Of a stretch of 64,000 bases of DNA, positions 37,505 to 49,800 are shown piece after piece (the first letter of the stretch is position 1; each line of letters opens with the position of its first letter). Location: assembly GCF_036321535.1 (NCBI RefSeq), contig NC_087436.1:103108001-103172000 (forward strand). The letters run 5' to 3'. Source of the stretch: Camelus dromedarius (taxonomy: Eukaryota). Below the pieces are notes generated by a model. That model searched no databases. It worked only from the letters and a program-made list of their open reading frames with translations, and was not told the DNA's origin. The position numbers were made by a program, and so were the translations under genes.

Positions 37505-37825
37505 CCTGACTCCTTGAGCTCGGACATCAGTCTTCTCCTGGACTCAGACTGGAAAGTACGCCACCGGCTCCCTTTGTTCGCAGGTCTTTGGACTCAGACT
37601 GGAACTATATGCCATCAGCTTTCCTGTTTGCCTCCAGTTGGTGTGATTCTTTAGTCTCTACTATCACATAGCCAACTTTCTATAATCTATAAAATGATCA
37701 TCTCTCTCCCCCTCTCTCTTTCTCTTATGTACAGACAAGAATTGATCTATATCAGTACCTATATCTGTAACTGTAGTTATCCCTGCCATTGGTCTGTTTC
37801 TCTGGAGAACTTTTTTACTTATTCA
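37505..37825 (+). mobile_element. ERVL LTR 3' part (MLT2D-like)
   Basis: ggacatcagtcttctcctggactcagactggaa...caggtctttggactcagactggaactata...attggtctgtttctctggagaac. Confidence 0.8.
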
Positions 37826-40800
37826 CAAACATCTGTGTTCATTTGTTTTCTCTTCTTACTGCCTGAATTTTGTTTTTATTATTTCTTCTCTATTAACTAT
37901 TATTTTAATGGTCATCCTAAAGAACCCAACAGTATCCTTCACTTACCAAAAGTTTACCATAAATTAATCACTTGAATACTAAATATACATGTTGAAAATT
38001 ATAAGAATTTTTCTCAGATTTCTTTCATAATGTGTTTGATATGACCCAAAAGTGTCACTGACCACTGAGCAATGTGAATTTTTAATATTTATTTATTTTC
38101 ACCCTTATGTTCTTATTTTGTTCATGATCAAGTCCTTGCAATACCGCTCCAACCCATTCGTGTAAAATCGAGAGTAAAACTTCAGGCACATAAGGTAATT
38201 TAAAATGATCCAATGAATTATTTTTAAATGATTTGCTGTGGACAAAAAACATTATCACAGAAATACAAAAGCCATGTGAAGATGTTCTGCCCTCAATAAG
38301 CATAAAATCTGACTGAGGTGGGCTAGGCATTCACAGGTGAAACAATGAATTGAACTGTTAAGTTTTATGGTTTGTATCCATAAATAGAGAAGGTGAAGAT
38401 GTTCACCCTGATTTCCATGTGAAAAACTCTCTAACTAGATTTAACTAATTTGCATAAGAAAATAATGATGAATTTTTATTTCAGCAATGACAATGCCACT
38501 TTCACATTCATGTCAGTATTTTCTGTTACAAAATTTCCTTCCTACATACAGATACCAGAAGTTAAACCAAATTTGTATTTGATTTGAAGCTTTAAAAAAA
38601 GTATGTAAGAACAGTGTGTTGCCCTATACACCAAAGGCCCAGAGACATTACAGCAGAATTTTAAAAAAGAAAACTACAATTTGCTTATTAACGTTTAGAT
38701 TTTTTTCTGTGATTTACATTAAACTTCCTTTATCCAAAGGAACATAAATGATCAATTATTGTCCACAGCAATGTGCATAATACTTAAAGCTCCCTTCTAC
38801 ATAAGTAAATTTGAACTTGAAGAAAAATTTACAAACAACTCATTCACCTAACACAATGTCAATTTCAGGCTGTCCTAATCTTTTTGCTTTCTAGAAAACA
38901 TTAATTTATACACGCATAGGAAAAATCCTCTCGAAAATGAGTAAACTGAGTTGGAAGTGAGTAGAGTCCTTAGATGTATACCATGATTAGGAGAACACAC
39001 ACAAAAGGAAAGTGGCAGATAAAAACAAAAAACACATCAAATCTGTAAATTTGATATAAAAAATATATATTGAGACGATCCTTGTGAAACACTTTTCCAA
39101 GCTTATGCTTCCAAAACACCACGATGGAAAGCTAGTCAATTATATATTTAACTCAAAATATAGTTCAAAACACATTTTTTTCTAAAGATAGCCATTTTTG
39201 GTGGAAATGTGGCTCACTATTTACCAGAATCACTTAGGGAACTTAATAAATTTATTAAATAACACAGCCACTTTTTCAAGAGCTAATAATTGAAGTTTTT
39301 AAATATATGTTTGAACTAGATTCTATTTTATACAAGAGGAACTTGAGTCTCATCAGGGTTAAATAATTTTATAATCCATTTTCCATTACTGAAACACTTT
39401 CCCGTTTCTTATCTTTAAATTTTGAAGCAACTCAAGCTTGTTTCTATGACATTTCTTTACTTCTATCTCCACCACTACGATCTATGTGACCTCATCAGTA
39501 CATACAGATTTTAATACCATGTACATGCTGGTCATTCTCAAATGTGGCCAAAAATCACACACAACTCTACAAATATCTCAATGGCCCCATTTTGATAAGA
39601 AATGGATAGGTTCTATAAACCAGCTACTATTCCTTTCTCAAAAATATACTACAAATTCAATCAATCATCTAAGTAATAGGGAAGCCAAATCAAAAGATCT
39701 CTCAGTTACAAACCCTATCAAGTTTTCATAAAGATGATATATCCATAAGGTGGGTGTCTCTCCCACAATTTCAGGATCCATTCTGTCCACTGACATGGAT
39801 TTTCTTTATTGAGTATCTTTATTTAAAACACCCTCCACCTTATCACTGTGGCATTAAGATTCCTTCTCTCAAAGACATTGCATAAGTGTATTGAAAACCA
39901 AAGGTATTCAATACATATTACCTTTGCTGGAGTATGTTTCCTTTACTTTGAAGAATCCTAAATCATCCCCAAGTATTCTCTTAAAAACAACCAAGTGCTT
40001 AAACTATTTCTGAACTGAATTCACTGTTCTCTGAATCCCATACAATTCTTTACCTCTTTGATAGTACTTAAATTGTTCCTCATGGTTCAGAAACGAATCC
40101 AAAATGCCAAGTGAATTTACTCTATTCTTTTGTATTTAAATCAAATCTACTCAAATCTTCTTGTTGGAATAATCATGCCTTTTCCACTTAGAACTACCAC
40201 ATACTTGATTTCACACACGCCTCAAATTCTACAGACGATCTTGTCTCTCCATTCAGTGCCATTTTAAAGGTGGGATATAGCCTACTTTCCCCTACTCAAC
40301 AAAATTTTAAAAATAAAAGTGTGCAACCATGAAATTTGTGCACACAGAACTTAATTGCATCTTGAGGAAGTTGGAGGGAGGGCAAGTTTCTACCACAGCA
40401 AAAGAGTTTGAAATACAGTATTAGGAAATTTCCTGTTTATAAAGTCATTTGCTAATGGGAAATTTCTTTCTTGACCATGTTCTCCCACCACTCCAATCTC
40501 CAAAATCCAGTCATATTCTACAGTTCCAATTCTTCCAATCCAATTTACTTTCCTCCTTTCTCCATATCCTCCACCCTCAAATTCAAAGTCCTTAGGTCAT
40601 CTTTGAATTTTACTATTACTTTCCAAATAATATCTCTGGATCTCAATGTCTAGATCCAACATGGGTTGGCAAGACATTTTACTTTAAAAAACACTCTTAT
40701 TTAAGAAAATTCTGATGCCAGGTGAGAAAGCAATATATTTTTTACCCTTTTAAGATTATTTGAGCTTCTCTCTTAAGTCCTTTATCAGGAATGACCAATG

Positions 40801-41365
40801 ACTTCTTAATTGTAAGACTTGCTCTTTATATATCTCTTCAGTGAATAGCATACATTTATATAATATGAATGTACATATGTATATGAATATATGTGTGAAC
40901 ACACATAATTATATGGCAAGTTTCTTAACTGCCATCTTTTTAAAAACTCCCTAACTCAATGGGCTTTACTTTTTAGAATAAAAATTATTCTTAAAACACA
41001 GCCAACTGCCTTATTGCCAACATAGGTTATAATTTATAGATCACATTTGTTTCAATTCCAGGCAAGTGTCCAACTGCATTTGGAATTAACAATCTGTGCT
41101 TAGGGAGTGAAGTAAAAATAGAATAAATAAATGGCAAATTAAAGAGATGCTGGACAAAAATTATTGTGATTAGTTAATGAAATAATCTGAGAAATGGAAA
41201 GAAAATAAAACTATGGAAATAACAGTAAGTTAGAAATTTAAAATGATTTGAGGATGCTTTTGAGTTTCAAAACAGCAGTGGAAATGGAAATAAATCTATA
41301 TTTTGGTACACAGAACTTGGATTTTAATATCAGTCCCAATTTATGTAACCTTACATAAAAGATAA

Positions 41366-41421
41366 GTATGCTACACACCAGAGATCGACACACTGTAACT
41401 AGCTACACTTCAATTTTTAAA
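41366..41421 (+). mobile_element. Extremely 5'-truncated young L1 tail inserted in a MIR remnant
   Basis: tatgctacacaccagagatcgacacactgtaactagctacacttcaattttt plus A-tail resembles the end of the L1 at ~43160-43215. Flanked by aaaagataa at 41357-41365 and 41422-41430 (TSD). Confidence 0.65.
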
Positions 41422-41851
41422 AAAAGATAATTTATATTACTTATTTGTATTTCTGACATGTAGAACAGATTTGTAACAATTTTATAGTGACAGTATGACC
41501 AATGAATAAGAGATAATTGAAAAATCAAGAACAGAGCTCATAAGAAAAAAATGAACGTGCTAACAGTAAAGGTTAATCTTTCATCTGACTCTAAGCTTCC
41601 TGGAAACTAAGACCAAAACAGGAAAACTCTCTGTGATGTACTTCCAAGAGGGAACCTAATATGCTCGTTGCTTTCAAGAGACAAATCTGACAAATTCCCT
41701 AACACTAGACTCTGAACCTGTTTTCTCATTTACATGATGGACATAATAAAAATATTCTCCCACCACTTTCAAGACTCTTGGAAGTTGTGAATGATACTGA
41801 TTAAGCCAACTGGGTTGTGACCTGCTCATGGTAACTCTCCCAGTTGCGTCC

Positions 41852-42398
41852 TGTCTAGGAGAAAGAAATTTTCTTCTACCCTTCTGGGTTCTTCTGGCTG
41901 GTCTCAGAATTAAATTGACATTAACATATTAATAGGAGAAAATCAAACAAAGTTTAATAACATGGATACACAGGAGACCCAGGAAACTGAGTAACTTGCC
42001 AAAATGGCTGACACCTTCACTTTAAATATCATCTTCAGCTACAGACAAAAGAGAAAGTTAGGGGTAATGGTTTGGGACTTCAAAGGGGAGGAAGGTAATT
42101 CACATGAAGATGGAAAAGCAAATGTTTTGTAAATAAATGTTTGCTAGATCACGCAGAGACCATGGGGACACAGGGTGGACCCTGATCTCACCTGAGTTTC
42201 CCCCACCAACCTAGCACATATTCTTTGCAGATATCTCTGGTGATAGTTCTATTCCAGTAATAGGCACTTCTCTTGTAGGCAGTAAGGGAGAAGGTCAAAA
42301 TTTCTTCCTGAGTCATTTGGGTCTTGATTGTTTTTCAGTTACCAAACAACCTGCTTACTAAAGAGACATTTCAGGGTGGCAAATTTTGCAGCTCTACA
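41852..42398 (-). mobile_element. Solo ERV1-class LTR with 4-bp TSD
   Basis: TG...CA termini, GTCC directly on both sides (41848-41851 and 42399-42402), 547 bp long, MER34/LTR39-like content in antisense. Confidence 0.85.
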
Positions 42399-42423
42399 GT
42401 CCCCAACGACTAGGTGTGCATTA

Positions 42424-43240
42424 CAATCCCAGTCCTGGGCATACATCCATACATACATTCAAAAAGATACATGCACCCCAGTGTTTATAGCAGCACTATT
42501 TACAATAGCCAAGACATGGGAACAACCTAAATGTCCATTGACAGATAACTGGATAAAGAAGTTGTGGTATATTTACACAATGGAATACTACTCAGTCACA
42601 AGACAAAATAAAATAATGCCATTTTTAACAACATGGATGGATCTGGAGAATGTCATTCTAAGTGAAGTAAGCCAGAAAGAGAAAGAAAAATTCCACATGA
42701 TATCACTTACAGATGGAATCTTAAAAAAAAAAAAAGACAAACAAACTTATTAACAAAACAGACTCACAGACACAGAAGACACATGGTTACCTGAGGGGCA
42801 GGGTGTGGAAAGGCATAAATTGGGAGTTCAAGATTTGTAGATACTAACTACTATATATAAAATAGATAAACAACAAGTTTATATTGTATAGCACTAGGAA
42901 CTATATTCAATATCTTGTAGTAGCCTAAGGTGAAAAAGAATATGAAAGCGAATTCCAGTGTTCAGCACTGGAATTTGACACAACATTGTAAAATGATTAT
43001 AAATCAATAAAAAATGTTAAAAAAAAAAAAAAGGCAGATGCTGAAGTGGAGCAATGCAAATCTACAGCAGGGAATGATGTTCAACAGGAAAATAAATTCA
43101 TCTAACTTTGAAAAAAAAAAGAATATGAAAGCGAATATATCTATGTTACTATAAGATGAAGTATTACAATATACATCAGAAATTGACACATTATAAACTG
43201 ATTATACTTTAATAAATAGATATATAAAATAAAATAAATT
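42424..43240 (+). mobile_element. 5'-truncated lineage-specific L1 (ORF2 C-terminus and 3' UTR), hosting a nested insertion at 42954-43115
   Basis: ORF 42328-42753 ends IQKDTCTPVFIAALFTIAKTWEQPKCPLTDNWIKKLWYIYTMEYYS...TTWMDLENVILSEVSQKEKEKFHMISL (L1 ORF2 C-terminus), followed by a 3' UTR and A-rich tail. Confidence 0.92.
42954..43115 (+). mobile_element. Nested L1 tail plus 3'-transduced sequence, TSD-flanked
   Basis: 21-nt direct repeat aaaaagaatatgaaagcgaat at 42933-42953 and 43116-43136. L1 tail with AATAAA (43006) and A14, then 78 nt of unrecognised sequence with AATAAA (43091) and a second A-run. Confidence 0.8.
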
Positions 43241-46200
43241 TTACCAAAGAGTAATTCAAGGTGTAAAAAAAAATCTGTATTTGGATCACAACTAACTTAA
43301 TTGAACACTTATTACTGGATATATGAAATTTAGATGGGGAAACAGCAAAAACTGGGAATCACTGGAACCAGTTGTATTAATGGCAGCTGCCTGAAGAGGT
43401 CAACAGACTTCTCCAAAATTGTTTGCTCAGCTCTTTCTTCACTTCCCTGAGTTACTCCAACTTTTTCTTACAAATTCAATTTGCTACTGAAGCCTAACTA
43501 ATACAGAGATACCAATTAGACACAATGTAAGATTGGTGTGGAGGGGAAAATGATATAAATATGACCCTTTCTTTTTCTTATTAGTGGATGATCAAGTAGG
43601 GTTCTCAATATTGTCAGCAAAGTGTTAGCTGATTCAATTTCCGTATAATGTTTTTGAGATATTTCTTCTTTCAATGCACTTGAACATGCACTAGGAATTC
43701 TAAATAAATAGAGCTACTAGCAAAAATGCAATTAGCAGTGCAGAGCCAGAGCAGTTCCAAGGGCATAATAAGTTTGGTATCCATGAGAGATAATCAGCAT
43801 TAATGAACAGTAATCATGAAAATCTTATCAGCTGGAGCATTTAAAACAAAACAATTAAAAGGCTTTCATTTCATTAGGCGACCACAATTGCTCTTAATAT
43901 CATTTTTGGGCTTTAAAGAAAAGAATTCTTTCTTTAACCTCAATTTAAATGAAAAGTTATAGATGATCTGAAAGTGTTAATAGTTTTAAAACGTAATTTC
44001 ACTCATGAGAATCTATGCTAAGAAATTGAACTTAACTGGGAAAAAAGATTTATGCTCCAAAATATGAATCACAGCCTGATTTATTGGCAGAAAAAAAAAA
44101 CTCTAATGTTAAAGACAGAAAGATGTAATAATGTAATACTTAGGTAAATGATGGTGACTGCATACAATGGACCACATGAAAATTTTAAAATTAGAGTGTC
44201 ACAATATGGGGAAATACTAGTGATACAATGTTAAACAAAAAAGGCTCTTTATACATATTCATGTTCTATAATAGTTCTACTGTTTTAAAATTTAATTAGC
44301 ATAGAAAAATTAAAGGGTTTTCTACCTAATGTCAGGGCCCCGGATGATCAGCAAACTACTGCTACTGGTATTAACAGAAGAGCTGCCCAAAGGTTCATTT
44401 CTTCTTTCTATCCTGTGAGTTACCTGGTCTTCCTCAAGGAATTGCTCCAACTCAAAATATTAAGTTAAAAAAACAAACTGCAGGAAATAAAAAATCAAAG
44501 CTTCATCCAATTTGAGTAAAAATTCTAAATCTATGAATGGATAGTATAGGCAAGACAATGAATAGAACAAGAAGTGGAAAAATTCACAGCAAGCCACAAC
44601 CAACTAACATGGAGAATGAGGAGTATGAATAGGAGCTGAGAGCTTTCGTGTTTAACTTTGTACACATCATCTCTATAGCATGAGTATTTTGTAATGCAAC
44701 TATGAAAATGCAAAGAACAAAAATTTTAAAAATAAGAAATTACAGCAAAATTTACAGTATGTCTATTTCCAAAAGGTGATAGATATTAATGTAATCTTAA
44801 TTTCCCTTTTCTTCTGTGTATGTGTGTGTGTGTGTGTATTTTAAAGCTACAACGTACTTTGTTTCCTATAGGAACTATCAACTTTTATGTTATTATCAGT
44901 CTCAGAAGGCCAAAGGATGCTTGAAAATGCATTTGAATAGTTGAAATGTGCTGAGTGTTACAGTAGAATTTTAGGTTTAATTTATGTCTTAATAACACTC
45001 ACTGGAGTTATCTGTCGAGCATCAAAATGTCATTGAAAAACTCTTCAATAAATTACTGCAGCAAGTAGCTTCTTAATGTTTTGACTGGCCTGCAATTCTT
45101 AGCAATTTCATCTGTATTTTTTGCAAGATACGTGTGCGAGCTGAGATTTGAGATACTCTACGTTGTTTATTCAGGCCCTGGGAGGTAATCCCAGTTGGAA
45201 TTTTATCAACAATATCCGTATGGCAATAATGATAATCCTTCAGCATCTAGATTAGTTCTCTGTTTTATTCCACTAATGAATACTCTGGAGGTATGGGTAA
45301 TTTTACAGAACAAATTAACCCTAGAGCACAGCTACTTACAGTGTTCATTTTACTGGACACCTACGAAGCAGAATAAATTTAAATACAGTTTAATCGACCC
45401 TTCCAGTCCTGGTAGAGATCAAACAGCTAGGACATAAATATAATGGTAATTAACAAAAATTGATGCTAAGTTTGTTTTTTTTTTTTTACAGAAGTACTGA
45501 TAAATATCACACTGGGGATCCTGATTTCAAGCAAATAGAGAGAATACAGGAATCAGCCAGCAGCATCGTCCTGTGTATCACTTGTGTCACAGCAGTTCAG
45601 AGGTGGCTTTTGCTGGCAGGGAAATCTGATTTTTAATTACTTTGTTGTTTCCAGCATATAATGGCTATGACTTGTTCAACACGAACACCGCCATGTGAGC
45701 TGCATTTTGTTTCCCTCCTGCCCTCCTTTCACCACAGAATTGACAAAATGTAATTCTCTGTCCTACTAATAGGACAGCATGAAAACTAATTGGTATTCTC
45801 CGTTTTCAAATATTTGTATCCTCAAGCCTCTCTGCCTCAAAAAGCCTGACGGAGTCTCTTCATTATCTCATTATGCTATAATTATTGCATACTCAATACG
45901 CCATAATTGCCAGGGCCTGAGAGTAATTCATTTACGCTGTGCATCAATGTAAACTTGTGCCTCTGGACCTAGATTTAACCAACTTCAAAAAGTTCTAATT
46001 TAGGTTTCCAATGTTACTTGTCTCTTGGTGATTCAAGACATGAATAATCTTTTCTTTTTATAAAAGAAGAAAAATCTAAGTCAATATAGTAACTATTCTA
46101 GCTTTCAGACCGTTGTTGATACTTGTCCTTTTCTTACACTTTCTTACTCAAAACATTCTAATAGTTTTCCATCCTATGAGCATATAATTCTAACTCCGTT

Positions 46201-46639
46201 TCCTGGCTTTTGAAGCCAGTATCCAGCACCGGCCTCCCTCTAAAGCTGTGTATCCCATCAGTTTCCTCTTTGCCCAGTGCACTGCAGCAATGCTGGCTTA
46301 TTACCATTGTTTTAACATCCCCTCAATATTCCAACAACCTATTTAATTCTCAGAGTTGAATTTGTTTCTGGCTAATACCTTATTTATTTACTTAGTTATT
46401 TATTATCTTTGTTAACCTACTCAACTTAACCTTGCCTGGCACACTATTGTCTCACAAAATGCCTAGAAAATTGCTAGGTAATCTATAAACAGTTGTTTAA
46501 TGAAAATATGCATAGCTGATTGGTATACTACATTCTAACTGACAATACAGTAATAACTACAAGTACTTGATGATAAAAGGTTAAGACCAAGAATATTGGA
46601 AATACCGTCATTCATTTGTAACTAATGATATACAAATAG

Positions 46640-46870
46640 TTTATATTTAAGGACATTATAATATATGTTAGTCATTGTGTAAGTGCTAAATAATATATAT
46701 TTGATGTAATCTTTAAAATCATCTAAGGATCAATGACTATTACAATGCCCATTTTTTGAAAGAGACTGAGCACACAGTGGAAAAGAGAATTTCCCAAAGT
46801 TCTGGAGTGAGAGCTGAGAATCTCACCCTTCAACTTGACGTCACAGCCCCTACATGTAACACTTTGCTTG
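46640..46870 (-). mobile_element. MIR SINE
   Basis: atatgttagtcattgtgtaagtgct...attacaatgcccattttttgaaagagactgagcacacagtgg...tttcccaaagt. Confidence 0.6.
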
Positions 46871-47509
46871 GTATCTTTGAATCTGAAAATCCTGAGAACC
46901 TGTAACGCGCATCACAAGCTATCGTACTGCCACTAATGTAATAACCAATCTGTTTCCTAACAGATTTGTAATGCCATCTTTATCACAAAGTCCTTACCTA
47001 AATATTGATACTTCCTGCTCTGTTCCATGCTCTGACTCCATGTTTACAGCAGTACTACCATCACAGAACTTTTACCAATACGTTTTCAAAACTGATACAA
47101 CAAATTAAATTTTAATTATCCTCTTTTTCAAAATATGCTTTGTCCATTTTATGCCTTTATTTTGTCAAATAAACATTTGTATTATTAAGTCAAATACCAA
47201 GCTAAAATCCTATTGAATTTTACATTTTAATTCCATTAATTATTTTTTTTAGTTTTGTATTTTACGTAACTTTTAGGATGTTGAGTATTCTCATTCATGA
47301 ACTTAGGAAAAATTATTTTATGGAAGTCTAATTTGAAATTTTTAGTTAACTTTTCTGTATTTTTAAAAGGTTTCTGTACAGTTCTCTTTGATTTATTCTT
47401 AAATTTTGTCTTCTGTTTTTATGAAAGGAAACTGTTTTTCTATTGTATTATTGTATTTTCTATTTTGTCAAATATGTACATCATTCATATTTATAGTCTA
47501 TATATTCCT

Positions 47510-48063
47510 GTGTGGAGTAACTGAGATGGCTTTAGCATTTCCTTCAATTCGACTAAACTTTAGACAGACTTTTTTCTGACTCTATAACCTGACCCGCCTT
47601 TTCTGAAAACATTTACTTTGGAAGACCTGTTAACTATTCTCCCTTCCCCTTTGAGATATTATGTTTTTAAAAACTTCTTGCCAGTGTTACAACCCAGGAA
47701 TGTCTTTCTAAAGGACATGGGAACCATCTCTTTGAAATATAATCATCAAGCAAGATAGCCCACTGGCACCACCCGTATCTTCAAGTTTCCATGAGAAGGT
47801 AGGAGGCCAACTTCACCCACCATGTTAAGTTGTTCAACCTCCCACCAGAAAGATAAGAGAAAGTTTACTTTTCCTTTGGGTAAGGCCAATTCACAAACAA
47901 AGGTGGGCTATGAGTCCCCCACCCCAGCTCTTAAAAATTCTCCAGCCCTTTCTTTCGGCAAACTTGAGCATAGGCTGAATTCTGGCCTTTCTCCCCTTTT
48001 GCAGTAGTGAATAAAGTCTTCCTCGACTATTTTACTTTGTTCGGTGCAACTTTTCCTTTGACA
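47510..48063 (+). mobile_element. ERV1 LTR (MER67/MER89/MER90-like) within an antisense old L1
   Basis: gactaaactttagacagac...aacccaggaatgtctttctaaaggacatgggaaccatctctttgaaatataatcatcaag...aataaagtcttcc...tttgaca. TG...CA ends; no clear TSD. Confidence 0.75.
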
Positions 48064-48261
48064 GGGGTCAATAATGTTTTACTAAATGTTTGTGTTTTTC
48101 CAGATAAGTAAGAACTTTCAAAAAAATAATACTTCTGCTTTTTATTATGTAAGATAATAAAAAATGCTTTTTTATTATATGAGATAATAAAAAAGATTTA
48201 AAATAATTTAAAATAATTTAAAAGCTTTTGCTTTCCAATTGCCAAGAACTGCTTTTAAGTA

Positions 48262-48484
48262 CAGTTGCGTCTTGAACAACATAGGTTTGAACTCCATGGG
48301 TCCACTTATGTGTGGATATTTTTTTCAATAAACACATACTAAAAAGCATACCATTCACTGTTGGTTGAAAGTGTAGATTTGGCCTGCGGATACAGAGGAG
48401 AACTGACTGTAAAGTTATATACAGATTTTCGATTGTATGGGGGGGGGCAGCACCCCTAACACCATGTTGTTCAGGGCTCAACTG
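48262..48484. mobile_element. Tigger2a/MER8-like TcMar-Tigger MITE
   Basis: TIRs cagttgcgtcttgaacaaca / tgttgttcagggctcaactg, with a TA target duplication on both sides (48260-48261 and 48485-48486). Confidence 0.9.
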
Positions 48485-49359
48485 TATTATTAATAACTTA
48501 CAAAATAATCTTCAATATTAAATTCTCTCATACAGTATTAACTTTGGGGGTGATTAATTTAATAGGGATTTTGTCATATTTCTGTATCAAAATCATGTTA
48601 GCTTTTATAAAGTGAACTTGGAAGATTTTCTTCCAAATAATTATTGTATATATATATATTGTATATATAATTATTGTAGCTATACCCCGTTTTATAGAAT
48701 TTATCCACAAAATCTATTCAGTCCCATACAGATTTTTACATCGAGGAATTTGGCTACCATAAAAATTAACTCACTGTTTCTTTTATTCTACCTGTTTCTT
48801 CTTATGTTACTTTATGTAAAATGTTTAAAATGTAATTATTTCTAAAAATACTTGAATTAATTAGTGCCACTTTATATCATTCTGTTGCATCTTTAAGTTA
48901 TCTCATAATGAATATGCTTACCATACAGCATAACATTTGCCAATTTATGGTTGTATGTTTCTTTTTTCTTCTTGTTTTTGTCATATTTGGGTCTACATCA
49001 TTTCATAACACTGTCTTAGAAACATTAGTCAAAGTAATAATACATGATAAGAAAATTAAGCTATAACTTTTGAGAAAGGGGAGATAAGGTGTTAAGACTA
49101 TATAGAAAATCTAATTGATTTAGGATTGGAAATTTATTAAGAAATATACAAAAGTTAAGTTTTCTTTTATTTCCCTTTAAAACCAGCTAGAAGATATGAT
49201 GAATATTTCTAATGACAGGGACAAAACATAAAATGTATAAAATATGAATATGTCTATCTTTAAAATATCATGACATCTAAAAGTCTTATGGGCATAGTAA
49301 TTTTAGTTATTACAATTGTATACATTTAATAAAATGCCTTCAAAATGTCAGTTACATGA

Positions 49360-49535
49360 TCAACTTTTTTATAATAATTTGTTTAATCCTCTTTAAAATC
49401 ATGTAATTGCGGCACTATTACTTGCCCCATTTTGATGGATAAAAAGCTGAGATTGAAGAGATGAAGCTGCTTGCACAAAAAGATACAGCTGGTAAACGCC
49501 AGGGCTGAGACATGAACTTGCTTTGTCTAGTGGCG
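49360..49535 (-). mobile_element. MIR SINE
   Basis: tttaatcctc...ttgccccattttgatggataaaaagctgagattgaagagatgaagctgcttgcac...acagctggtaaacgccagggctgagacatgaac. Confidence 0.75.
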
Positions 49536-49559
49536 ATGCAATACTGACCTCGACAGCAG

Positions 49560-49800
49560 ACACTGTGACTTGCTAACTCAAGGTTCAGTCTTCTTTTTCC
49601 TTTATGAACAGAAATAGAATGCTGCTGGGGATGAGAAGGTATCTACTGGAAAAAATATATATACACTATGGGCAGACTCAGCTAATACATATATTTTCTC
49701 TTTAACTTTATCCTTCCAACTGCCCAAAACATAAATAGGATTTTAGAAGTGGAGCAGCTTTCCTGCAGCCATCAAACATGAGGATCAAAGCCAGCTGCAA
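49560..49800 (+). mobile_element. MLT1-type LTR remnant
   Basis: gaagtggagcagctttcctgcagccatc...gaggatcaaagcca resembles MLT1J/K. Confidence 0.45.

Noticed and set aside
42328..42753. Novel 141-aa LTR-L1 fusion protein
   Set aside because: It starts at TTG inside an antisense LTR and simply reads into the C-terminus of a truncated L1 ORF2. This is chance continuity.
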